This document shows, one piece after another, positions 29,211-38,118 of a stretch of DNA of 64,000 nucleotides. Below the pieces are notes generated by a model, which saw only the letters and a list, made by a program, of their open reading frames with translations, was not told the origin of the DNA and did no database searches. Source of the DNA: Lachnospiraceae bacterium (GTDB lineage: Bacteria; Bacillota; Clostridia; Lachnospirales; Lachnospiraceae). Every line of letters begins with the position of its first letter. Within the stretch, counting starts at the first letter, position 1. Both the position numbers and the translations under genes were made by a program. The stretch lies in NCBI GenBank assembly GCA_031272185.1, contig JAISUG010000058.1, positions 8,203 to 72,202 on the forward strand, in the 5' to 3' direction.

Positions 29211-30335
29211 TTACTCCCCCATGAAGCGGAGGATCCCGCCGTACCGCGCGATCTCGTCCAGCTGCTGCGCTTTCATGGCTTCGTAGCTGTGCGCTTTTGC
29301 ATCCCAGGCGGCCCGAAGCGCCGCTTCCTTGCGCCGGTCCGGTGGGCTGGGGGCAACCTGTCCACCTGCCACAATGGCCGGCTCGGCCGGCGCATCCTGC
29401 CGGTGGTCGGGCAAGCCGACCGTGCCGGATAGGTATGCACCCAGCCAATGCGCTGTCTTCTCGGCGCCGTAGGTGTTCAAGTGGAGGCCGCCGTCGTAAG
29501 TGTCCGTCAGGAAATCCAGCCCGATGCTGTCTTTTTGTTCCAATGCGTTCACATAGTCCAAGCCATGTGCGGCGGCAAAGGCGATAACCTGTTCCTCCCA
29601 CTGCTCATGCCACGCCGGGTACAGCGACGGCGCCTTGAAGAGAATCAGCCGTATGCCATTTTCCCTGCAGAGTGTGGCGATGCTTTCCAGTGCGGCCATG
29701 TTGCCCTCGTCGAAGCTGTAGTCAGGCAACCGCCTGGCTGCGGGGAACGTCCCGGCGGGCTTGGTGTCCATACGCATATAATACCCATTGAAACTGATGG
29801 TGTCAAGGGAAAAGAAATACCGCAGGTCATCGGATGTCAACTCCTTCCACCTGTCGTGGTAGCGCAGGATGGGGAATACGTAGTCCGCAAAGCGCTCGTC
29901 GGGCAGCTTGGTCTTGTGGATGGCTGCGGCTTTGTCCGGGGACCAGCGCATGCCGTCCAGGGTCATGCGGTTGTAGGCCTCGCTCTCCTGCGTGGGGCGG
30001 GTCATGGCCAGGACGCTCAGCACCAGGGCCCGGGGCGTCTCGGTGCGCAATGTGTCGCGCAGCAGGTAATAAGACTGCCACATCATCTGGCTGGCGCTGC
30101 CCCGGATATAGGAGGTGATGCCGTAGTCTTCCCACAGGGTGATGGGGGAGATGTTCTCGTACACTTCGCAGTCGCCCAGGAAAACCACGTCATGGGCGGT
30201 GGTTTCCCCATAATACTCCTGTATCAGGGCACCCTCGATGACCTTGCCCATATACTTCGGCATCAACAGGCGCTGCGCCGCGGCCAGGGCGGCGATGACC
30301 ATGATGAGGATGAGTGCGGGGCGCTGGTACTTCAT
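29211..30335 (-). CDS. membrane-anchored SGNH/GDSL-like protein (DltD/AlgX-like candidate)
   Basis: N-terminal TM helix (ALILIMVIAALAAA), block-I-like VVFLGDCEVYE and block-V-like DGGLHLNTYGAEK. ATG at 30335. The longer ORF start lies inside a repeat array. Confidence 0.6.
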   Translation of the reverse strand: MKYQRPALILIMVIAALAAAQRLLMPKYMGKVIEGALIQEYYGETTAHDVVFLGDCEVYENISPITLWEDYGITSYIRGSASQMMWQSYYLLRDTLRTETPRALVLSVLAMTRPTQESEAYNRMTLDGMRWSPDKAAAIHKTKLPDERFADYVFPILRYHDRWKELTSDDLRYFFSLDTISFNGYYMRMDTKPAGTFPAARRLPDYSFDEGNMAALESIATLCRENGIRLILFKAPSLYPAWHEQWEEQVIAFAAAHGLDYVNALEQKDSIGLDFLTDTYDGGLHLNTYGAEKTAHWLGAYLSGTVGLPDHRQDAPAEPAIVAGGQVAPSPPDRRKEAALRAAWDAKAHSYEAMKAQQLDEIARYGGILRFMGE

Positions 30336-30423
30336 GCAAGGGGCGGTTCCTTTCTGGGATATCCATGCGTCCGTTTTTTCCCAGGACGGATGAAGCCGAT
30401 AATACACATAGGCCAAACCGGTA

Positions 30424-30525
30424 AAGCGAGCCGACGGCCATGGGGCGAGCCGACGGCGGTGGGGCGTGCCGACGGCCATGGGGCGTGCCGACGGCGGTGG
30501 GGCGTGCCGACATCACGGCTTAGGG
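30424..30525. repeat. 19-nt tandem repeat, about 5 copies (GCCGACGGC[CA/GG]TGGGGCGWG)
   Basis: CCGACGG recurs at 30431, 30450, 30469 and 30488, with CCGACAT at 30507. The array abuts the stop (30520-30522) of the upstream minus-strand gene. Confidence 0.9.
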
Positions 30526-31737
30526 CGTGGGCGGGTACAGGCTGCGGTCGAATGCGAAGCAGTTGTAATGCCGGGCGGAGTAGGAGAGCATCTGGGCATC
30601 CGTCCAGAAGAGGAAGTCGCCGCCGCTGCCCCTGGGCGTGGTGTCAAAATGGTACCAGGCGCCGTCCAGGTTGATCAGGTTCCAGTAATGGTCGGCGTCC
30701 GTGGAGCGGATCACCTCGATGCTGGGGATGCCAATCCTGGAGAGCATCTCCACCGACAGGGAAAAATACACGAAGCAGTTGCCCCTGCGGCGGGTGATGC
30801 CATTGTACGCTTCCAGCACCCAGTCACGGGTGCAGGGCGTGCCCACGTAGTGGACGCTGCCGCGGATCCAGTAGTAGATGGCGGCGGCTTTCTGGCGCTG
30901 GGTCATGGAATCGTCGGTAATCTGGGCGATGATGCCGTCCGCGATGGAGTCCAGCTGCCGGTGCAGGTCGGACTTCTCGTCGTCGGGCGGGATATATACG
31001 GGCGCTTTGAAAGAAGATGCGGACGCCCCCGATGAATCGAAGGTGTAGTTGGCCCCGCCGATGTTCAAGGTGGCGTCGTGGACCATGGCCCCGGAATCGG
31101 AGAGGTAGTAGGTCTGGGCGCCGTCCTGGAGCCAACCGGTCTGCATGTAGCCGTCCCCGTCGAAATGGTACCAGTCGCCCTGCCAGTAAAACCAGGTGGC
31201 GGCGGGGTAGGAGCCGCCCCTATCCAGGTACCACCAGCCCCGGCCGTCCTGCACCCACCCGGAGTACAGCGGGTCCGGGGTGCACACGCCGTTTTCCGCT
31301 ATGTCGTATGCGGTTCCGCCGATGATGCGGTGCCCCGCAGTGGCCATGGTGCCGTCCTCGCCCAGCCAGTAAAGGCCGGGCCCGCTTCCGTACCAGCCGG
31401 TGAGCATGGCGCCGTCCGTGCCGAAACGGTACCAGGCGCCGTCAACCTGGGCCCAGGCATCCGTGATAAGTGCGCCGTCGGCGTCGAAGCGGTACCGGGC
31501 GCCGTCGATCTCCACCCATGCGTCCTTGATGGGCGCGCCGTAGGCGTCGAAGCGGTAGAGGGCGCCGTCGATCTCCATCCACGCGTCAACGACGGGCGCG
31601 CCGTCGTCGCCGATGTAGCGGGCCTGCCCGTCGGAAACCAGCCATTCCCCCGCAAACGCACTCAGCAAAAAAGCCGAAAATGAAAAAGCGCAAGTTAATG
31701 CGCCTATGGTAAATATGGTCTTGATTCGCCTGCCCAT
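30520..31737 (-). CDS. secreted protein with cell-wall-binding repeats and a transglutaminase-like cysteine-protease domain
   Basis: Several GW/YxF repeats (DGALYRFDAYG, DGARYRFDADG, DGAWYRFGTDG). C-terminal Cys-His-Asp core (RRGNCFVYF, DHYWNLI, WYHFD). Signal peptide present. RBS AAAGGAGGAA before the ATG at 31737. Confidence 0.8.
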   Translation of the reverse strand: MGRRIKTIFTIGALTCAFSFSAFLLSAFAGEWLVSDGQARYIGDDGAPVVDAWMEIDGALYRFDAYGAPIKDAWVEIDGARYRFDADGALITDAWAQVDGAWYRFGTDGAMLTGWYGSGPGLYWLGEDGTMATAGHRIIGGTAYDIAENGVCTPDPLYSGWVQDGRGWWYLDRGGSYPAATWFYWQGDWYHFDGDGYMQTGWLQDGAQTYYLSDSGAMVHDATLNIGGANYTFDSSGASASSFKAPVYIPPDDEKSDLHRQLDSIADGIIAQITDDSMTQRQKAAAIYYWIRGSVHYVGTPCTRDWVLEAYNGITRRRGNCFVYFSLSVEMLSRIGIPSIEVIRSTDADHYWNLINLDGAWYHFDTTPRGSGGDFLFWTDAQMLSYSARHYNCFAFDRSLYPPTP

Positions 31738-31960
31738 GGTTCCTCCTTTGTCATGCGGTGTACTGCCATGCCGGCCGCGGCAAGGGGATGGAGACAAGGG
31801 ATTTTGCAATATGCCGGCTTGTCAGTGCACTGGAAGCATTATACCGCTTTTGGCATGAATTGTCCATATTTTACGATAAAAAGTTCATTGCCATTTTTCG
31901 CTTTTCATTTTTGCGCCAATGCATTATACTACAAACATGTACCGGGGAAGGGGGATGGGT

Positions 31961-32671
31961 ATGGCGGAAAAACAGAAGGTGCTGATCGTGGATGACGACC
32001 CGCATATCGCGGAGCTTATTTCATTGTACCTGACCAAGGAATGTTACGAAACCAAGATCGCGGGCGACGGGGAAGAGGCGCTGAAGGTCTTCGGCGAGTT
32101 TGAGCCCAACATCATCATGCTGGACCTGATGCTGCCGGGGATCGACGGCTACCAGGTGTGCAGGGAGGTGCGGGCGCGTTCCCAGACGCCCATCATCATG
32201 CTGTCCGCCAAAGGGGAGATATTTGACAAGGTGCTGGGGCTGGAACTGGGGGCGGACGACTACATCATCAAGCCGTTCGATGCCAAGGAGCTGGTGGCGC
32301 GGGTGAAAGCGGTGCTGCGCCGTTACCATTTGCCCCAAGTGGCGGCGGCCGCCAAGACCGAGCAGCAGGGGGACTGCGTGGAGTACCCGGACCTGGTGGT
32401 GAACCTGACCAACTATTCCGTGACTTACCAGGGGGAGCCTGTGGAGATGCCCCCCAAAGAGCTGGAACTGCTGTACTTCCTGGCTAAGTCCCCGAACCAG
32501 GTGTTCACCAGGGAGCAGCTGCTGGACCATATCTGGGGGTATGATTACGTGGGCGACACCCGCACCGTGGACGTGCACGTCAAGCGCATCCGGGAGAAGA
32601 TCAAGGATAACTCGCACTGGGCCCTTGCGACGGTGTGGGGGATAGGGTACAAGTTCGAGGCCAGGAAATGA
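31961..32671 (+). CDS. OmpR-family response regulator
   Basis: Receiver domain (VLIVDDD, DLMLPGIDG, SAKG) and winged-helix C-terminus (TVDVHVKRIREKI, WGIGYKFE). Confidence 0.92.
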   Translation: MAEKQKVLIVDDDPHIAELISLYLTKECYETKIAGDGEEALKVFGEFEPNIIMLDLMLPGIDGYQVCREVRARSQTPIIMLSAKGEIFDKVLGLELGADDYIIKPFDAKELVARVKAVLRRYHLPQVAAAAKTEQQGDCVEYPDLVVNLTNYSVTYQGEPVEMPPKELELLYFLAKSPNQVFTREQLLDHIWGYDYVGDTRTVDVHVKRIREKIKDNSHWALATVWGIGYKFEARK

Positions 32672-32747
32672 TGAAACGCCCTGGGGCGCGCCAACCGGTG
32701 GCAATGTGGCTGGCATGGGGCATCCGGCACAGATTCGAGGCTAGGAC

Positions 32748-34148
32748 ATGAAATCCCTGTATTTCAAATTGATATTGGGCTATCTCGCTTTCGGGGCCAT
32801 CAGTTTCATATTGATCAGCACATTTTCGGCGGACCTGACAGACCGCTACCTGCTTGACGCCCAGGCGGGGGCGCTTTCTGATGCGGCCAATTCCCTTGCT
32901 TCCGATTACAGCGCGATCTATTCCACGGGTTCCAATCGCGCGGTTTCGCTCCCCACCGGCCAAAGGACCGTTTCCGCATACCAGGACCTGCAGGTCTGGG
33001 TGGCGGACCGGAAAGGCACCATCATCAGCGACAGCAACCGGGATATACGCAAATCCATGGAAATCCCGGGCTTTGACCCTGCCGCGGACAGCGTGAAGGC
33101 GTATACGGTCGGGTCTTACTATGGCATGTTCCCCGAAGACGTGCTTACGGTGTCCGCGCCCATCACGGGGAACTATACCACCTACGGCTATGTGATCATC
33201 CACCTGCCCATGCGGGAAATCAGGTCCCAGAGGGACAATATCCTCGACATCCTCTATCTGTCCCTGGTGGTGGTTTTCGGGCTGTCCCTCATCATCCTGC
33301 TGGTGTTCACCACCCAGGTGTATTTCCCGTTGAAGAAAATCACCGCCGCCGCCAACGAGTACGCCGCGGGGAACCTGGACTACAAGATCAAGTCCAACAG
33401 CCGGGACGAGATCGGCTACCTGGCCGGCACGCTTAACTATATGTCCGAGGAGCTGTCAAAGCTGGACGATTACCAGAAGCAGTTCATTTCCAATGTTTCC
33501 CATGATTTTCGGTCTCCCCTGACCTCCATCAAGGGCTACCTGGAGGCAATCCTGGACGGCACCATCCCGCCGGAACTCTACGACAAATACATAAACCTGG
33601 TGATCTCCGAGACGGAGCGGCTCAACAAGCTGACACAGAGTATGCTCACGTTGAACTCATTGGACTCCAAAGGGTACCTGCGCAGGGCCGCCTTCGACCT
33701 GAACCGGGTCATCAAGGCCACGGCGGCGGCTTTCGAGGGGACATGCAACGCCAAAGACATCATGCTGGACCTGACATTTGCCGACGACACAGAGATGGTG
33801 TACGCTGACATGGAAAAAATCCAGCAGGTACTCTACAACCTCATCGACAATGCCATCAAGTTCAGCCACCCCCGCTCGGTGATTTACATATCCACGGAGC
33901 CCAAATACGAGAAAGTTTTCGTGTCGGTGAAGGACACCGGCATCGGCATCCCCAAGGGGAGCCTGAAAAAGATCTGGGACCGGTTCTACAAGACGGACGT
34001 GTCCCGTGGCAGGGACAAAAAGGGCACGGGGCTGGGCCTTTCCATCGTGCGGGACATCATCCAGTCCCACGGCGAGCACATCGACGTCATCAGCACGGAA
34101 GGCGTGGGCACGGAATTCATTTTCTCGCTGCCCCGCAGCGGCGGGTGA
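32748..34148 (+). CDS. sensor histidine kinase (two TM helices, HAMP, HisKA, HATPase_c)
   Basis: H-box SHDFRSPLTSI, N-box NLIDNAIKF, G1 DTGIGI and G2 GTGLGLSIV. Confidence 0.92.
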   Translation: MKSLYFKLILGYLAFGAISFILISTFSADLTDRYLLDAQAGALSDAANSLASDYSAIYSTGSNRAVSLPTGQRTVSAYQDLQVWVADRKGTIISDSNRDIRKSMEIPGFDPAADSVKAYTVGSYYGMFPEDVLTVSAPITGNYTTYGYVIIHLPMREIRSQRDNILDILYLSLVVVFGLSLIILLVFTTQVYFPLKKITAAANEYAAGNLDYKIKSNSRDEIGYLAGTLNYMSEELSKLDDYQKQFISNVSHDFRSPLTSIKGYLEAILDGTIPPELYDKYINLVISETERLNKLTQSMLTLNSLDSKGYLRRAAFDLNRVIKATAAAFEGTCNAKDIMLDLTFADDTEMVYADMEKIQQVLYNLIDNAIKFSHPRSVIYISTEPKYEKVFVSVKDTGIGIPKGSLKKIWDRFYKTDVSRGRDKKGTGLGLSIVRDIIQSHGEHIDVISTEGVGTEFIFSLPRSGG

Positions 34149-34226
34149 GGCGGCGAACGCATTTGATATGATATTGAAGAACTGCGTATGGCTTTAAACC
34201 CATTAGGAAAGGATGGGAATTTGGGA

Positions 34227-34255
34227 TTGCCGAAACGTGGATTCTGTAATATAAT
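34227..34255 (+). promoter_or_regulatory. candidate sigma-A promoter for the DAHP synthase gene
   Basis: TTGCCG, 17 nt spacer, TATAAT (34250-34255), giving a leader of about 230-250 nt. Confidence 0.5.
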
Positions 34256-34484
34256 CGTGGTGGTTTCAGCGAAGGGGACAACGGTGCGGGCGGGGGTTAT
34301 GCCGGTGGTTTGGCTGCATGGCAGCGGATAGGCCGCGCAGGCATGGAAAGAGTTTCCGCTCACGGGTATAACAACGACTGAAGGCGCCCTTGACCAAGCT
34401 GCAAGGGGCCGATGAGGGACTTCATCCGGCAGACGAGGCCAGTCTGCGGCTGCCGTTTGGTTTTGACCAAGATGCAAGGGGCCG

Positions 34485-35540
34485 ATGAGGGACTTCATAG
34501 AAAGGGGTTTTATGGGTATCGAGTTTGTGAACAAGCTGCCTACGCCTGCGGAGATACGGGAGCAGTTCCCCCTGCCCGCCCACCTGGCGAAAGCGAAGGG
34601 GGCGCGGGACGAGGAAATCAAAAAGGTGTTTACCGGGGAGAGCGACAAATTCCTCGTGATCATAGGGCCTTGCTCCGCGGACAACGAAGACTCCGTGTGC
34701 GAGTACGTGAACCTGCTGGCCCCCGTGGCCGACCAGGTAAAGGACCGACTGATACTGATACCGCGGATATACACCAACAAACCCCGTACCACGGGGGAAG
34801 GCTACAAAGGCATGGTCCACCAGCCGGACCCGGAGAAGAAGCCGGACATGTACGAGGGGATCCTGGCGATCAGGCGGATGCACATGCGGGTGCTCTCCGA
34901 GACCGGGATGAGCACCGCCGACGAGATGCTCTACCCGGAAAACCTGCGATACCTGTCGGACATGATGTCCTACATCGCCGTGGGGGCGCGCTCCGTGGAG
35001 AACCAGCAGCACCGCCTGACGGTCAGCGGCTGCGACGTGCCCTGCGGCATGAAAAACCCCACCAGCGGGGACCTAAGCGTCATGCTCAATGCCATCGTGG
35101 CGGCGCAGCAGGAGCACACGTTCATTTTCCGGGGGTGGGAGGTGCGCACCGACGGGAACCCATACACCCACGCCATCCTGCGGGGGTCCGTGAACAAACA
35201 CGGCCAGAACCAGCCCAACTACCACTACGAGGACCTGATGCTGCTGCACCGGCTCTACCACGAGCGCAACCTGCAAAATGTGGCGTGCATCGTGGATGCC
35301 AACCACTCCAACTCCGACAAGCAGTACCAGGAGCAGATACGCATCGCCAAGGAAGTGATGCATTCCCGCCGCTACTCACCGGAGATCAAGGGGTTCGTGA
35401 AAGGGCTGATGATCGAGAGCTACCTGGAGCCCGGTTCCCAGAAGATCGGGGAGCATTGCTACGGCAAATCCATCACCGACCCATGCCTGGGGTGGGAGGA
35501 TTCCAAACGGCTGATCTTCGAGATCGCGGAGAGCCTGTAG
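34485..35540 (+). CDS. 3-deoxy-7-phosphoheptulonate (DAHP) synthase, class I
   Basis: VIIGPCSADN, IYTNKPRTT and GARSVENQQHR motifs. Two plausible starts: ATG 34485 (RBS AAGGGG) and ATG 34512 (RBS AAAGGGG). Confidence 0.9.
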   Translation: MRDFIERGFMGIEFVNKLPTPAEIREQFPLPAHLAKAKGARDEEIKKVFTGESDKFLVIIGPCSADNEDSVCEYVNLLAPVADQVKDRLILIPRIYTNKPRTTGEGYKGMVHQPDPEKKPDMYEGILAIRRMHMRVLSETGMSTADEMLYPENLRYLSDMMSYIAVGARSVENQQHRLTVSGCDVPCGMKNPTSGDLSVMLNAIVAAQQEHTFIFRGWEVRTDGNPYTHAILRGSVNKHGQNQPNYHYEDLMLLHRLYHERNLQNVACIVDANHSNSDKQYQEQIRIAKEVMHSRRYSPEIKGFVKGLMIESYLEPGSQKIGEHCYGKSITDPCLGWEDSKRLIFEIAESL

Positions 35541-35579
35541 GGCATGAAGCTGCATCTGGGGCTATAACTGAATCTGGGG

Positions 35580-36842
35580 CTACGACTGCATCCTGGGATG
35601 CAGCTGCATACCGGCTTTCACAAGGCGGAACATGCGGCGGGCGGCGCCCAGGTAGAGCTCTTCGCTGCGCCCCAGGGCTTCATCCAGGTCCATGGCACCG
35701 TTGATGGTGGTCATGATGCTGTCGATGCCGTGGTCGAAGAGCTTTTCGGCGCCTTCGCCCATGCCCCCCACGATGGCCACCGCAGGGATGCTTTTCTTTC
35801 GGCAGCGCTGCCCCACGCCGCTGGGGACCTTGCCAAAGGCCGACTGCCAGTCCATGCGGCCTTCGCCGGTGACTACCAGGTCGGTGCTTTCCAGCAAATC
35901 ATCAAACCCGATCAGGTCCAGGACGGTCTCGATGCCGGACTGCATCCGGGCGCCCAGGAACACAGTGAGGGCAGCACCTAGGCCGCCTGCCGCCCCTGTG
36001 CCGGGGACCTGGTCGGGGTCGATGCCGGTTTTTTCCGTCAGGAGCTTCGCATAGGCGCACATGTCCGCTTCCATCCGATCCAGGATGTCGGGGGTGCCGC
36101 CTTTTTGTTTGCCGAAAGTGTAGGTGGCGCCGTCGGGGCCGGTGAGTGGGTTTTGCACGTCGCACATGACGGTGAATGTGGCGGTCTTCACGCCGGGGTG
36201 CAGTTCGGAGAGGTCTATGTCGCGCACCCGTCCCAAGTCTTCCCCGAACCCTGTGAGAACATGGCCCTGCTCGTCCAGGAAGCGGATGCCCAGCGCGGAC
36301 ATCGCCCCCATGCCGCCGTCGTTGGTGGCGCTGCCGCCGATGGCCACGGCGATGTGGGAGATCCCGGCATCCAGTGCGTCCTTGATCAGTTCCCCTGTGC
36401 CGTATGTGGTGGTGTGCAGGGGGTTGCGTCTGTCAGGGGGGACCATGGGCAGCCCGGAGGCCGCCGCCATCTCGATGATGCAGTGGGAGTATGGTGCGCC
36501 GATGCACCGGGTAGGCGAACCGGGTGCGGCAGAGCCGGTGCCGGCGTCGATGTCCGGCATGGTGTCCGCCGCTGGGGGGGTGCGGCACAACGAGGGTTCC
36601 TCCCACACGCCGTAGGCTGCCTGGGTTTCCTCCATCAGGGGCCCGTGAACCGGCACGGTACGCAAAACCCCGCCGGTGGCGGCGATGACGGCAGATGTGG
36701 TGCCCTCCCCGCCGTCGGCGATGGGAACACCCAGGGTATGGCAGCCGGGGAAGACCTCTGTGGCGGCCTGTGTGAGCAGCGCGCTGATTTGTTCCGACGT
36801 CAGTGTTCCCTTGAAAGAATCCGAGGCAAAGAGGAAACGCAT
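35580..36842 (-). CDS. glxK: glycerate kinase
   Basis: MRFLFASDSFKGTL, PIADGGEGT and GGSATNDGG motifs. Insertion of about 40 aa at about 36480-36600. Confidence 0.88.
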   Translation of the reverse strand: MRFLFASDSFKGTLTSEQISALLTQAATEVFPGCHTLGVPIADGGEGTTSAVIAATGGVLRTVPVHGPLMEETQAAYGVWEEPSLCRTPPAADTMPDIDAGTGSAAPGSPTRCIGAPYSHCIIEMAAASGLPMVPPDRRNPLHTTTYGTGELIKDALDAGISHIAVAIGGSATNDGGMGAMSALGIRFLDEQGHVLTGFGEDLGRVRDIDLSELHPGVKTATFTVMCDVQNPLTGPDGATYTFGKQKGGTPDILDRMEADMCAYAKLLTEKTGIDPDQVPGTGAAGGLGAALTVFLGARMQSGIETVLDLIGFDDLLESTDLVVTGEGRMDWQSAFGKVPSGVGQRCRKKSIPAVAIVGGMGEGAEKLFDHGIDSIMTTINGAMDLDEALGRSEELYLGAARRMFRLVKAGMQLHPRMQS

Positions 36843-36887
36843 ATCCTGGAAAGCTCCTTTCGGGTGTTTCGGGTCTTCGGTGGGCGC

Positions 36888-37412
36888 CTATTCCCCTTCG
36901 TAGCGCGCGATGGACTCCACACGGTAGCCGGCAAGTTTCGCCCGGCCGCCCAGGTCTTCCAGCTCGATGACGAATGCGAACATCACCACCTCGCCGCCCA
37001 GCGCCTCCACCAGGTCTATCATGGCGCGGGAGGTGCCGCCGGTGGCGATGAGGTCGTCGATGATGACCACTTTCTGGCCGGGGAGGATTGCGTCCCGGTG
37101 GACCTCGATCTCCTCGCTGCCGTACTCCAAATCGTAGCGGACGGATATGGTCTCCCGGGGGAGCTTGCCCTTTTTGCGGATGGGGACGAATGCTTTGTGC
37201 AGGGCATAAGCGACCGGCACCCCGAAGATGAAGCCCCTGGATTCCGGGCCGGCGATGAGGTCAAACTCCACACCCCCCAGGAGGGCGCACAGTTCATCCA
37301 CCGCTAGTTTCAGGCCGTCCGCATCCTGCAGGATGGATGTGACGTCACGGAAGATGATCCCCTTTTTCGGGAAATCCGGGATGCTCTTGATATAATCTTT
37401 GATGGTTTTCAT
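36888..37412 (-). CDS. apt: adenine phosphoribosyltransferase
   Basis: IPDFPKKGIIFRD and PRPP-binding VVIIDDLIATGGT. ATG at 37412 follows AGAGGAGAA. Confidence 0.93.
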   Translation of the reverse strand: MKTIKDYIKSIPDFPKKGIIFRDVTSILQDADGLKLAVDELCALLGGVEFDLIAGPESRGFIFGVPVAYALHKAFVPIRKKGKLPRETISVRYDLEYGSEEIEVHRDAILPGQKVVIIDDLIATGGTSRAMIDLVEALGGEVVMFAFVIELEDLGGRAKLAGYRVESIARYEGE

Positions 37413-37575
37413 GGATTCTCCTCTTGTGTAGCAGACCCCGGGTATGGGCAACCCGCCTGTTTCCATATATCCGCAGCCTGCCCACCGGCCCCCGGGTATG
37501 GGCGACTCGGCAATACGCGGCGGCGTGGGTCGATGTGCGGCGGGGTGCCATGTGTGGGGTGCCATGGGTGGGGTT

Positions 37576-38118
37576 TCATTGCTCCGATGGAAACTTTGCG
37601 TGATATGCCATCACCGCGGCCACGGTCTTGCTGTCGGTGAGCTGGCCATCATAGGCCAGTTGCACCAAGTCTTCTATATCCCAGCGTTCCACGTCGATGG
37701 CTTCGTCCGCGTCCAGGCGCTGGGCCGTGGGGACCAGGTTCCTGGCCACATAGATGTCGATCTTTTCGTCGCAGAACGCCACGGTGCTGTGGACACGGAT
37801 CAGGAATTCCAGGTCGTCGCTGCGCTGTCCGGTCTCCTCTTCCAGTTCCCGGGCGGCGCAGACGATGGCAGGTTCGTCGGGGGTGTCCAGTTTGCCCGCG
37901 GGGATCTCCAGCGTGACCCGTTCCAGTGCGTTGCGGTACTGGCGCACCATGAGGATCTTGCCGTCTGCGTCCACCGGGACCACGGCTGCCGCGCCATTGT
38001 GATGGATGAAGTCCCAATGTGCTTCCCGCCCGTCGATCATCATCACGTCTTCATAGACGTCCAGCACGGTCCCTTTGTAACGGTGTATGCGGTCGATGCG
38101 TTTGATGTCCTGTATCAT
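37576..38118 (-). CDS. Nudix hydrolase (ADP-ribose pyrophosphatase-like)
   Basis: Nudix box GKLDTPDEPAIVCAARELEEETG. Its start ATG overlaps the proC stop (ATGA at 38115-38118). Confidence 0.85.
   Translation of the reverse strand: MIQDIKRIDRIHRYKGTVLDVYEDVMMIDGREAHWDFIHHNGAAAVVPVDADGKILMVRQYRNALERVTLEIPAGKLDTPDEPAIVCAARELEEETGQRSDDLEFLIRVHSTVAFCDEKIDIYVARNLVPTAQRLDADEAIDVERWDIEDLVQLAYDGQLTDSKTVAAVMAYHAKFPSEQ

Noticed and set aside
34256-34484. Possible T-box riboswitch in the long DAHP synthase leader
   Set aside because: No T-box sequence (GGGTGGTACCGCG-like), AG bulge, GNUGGA distal loop or specifier-loop arrangement could be found. Only a hairpin with a T-run between two direct repeats is present.
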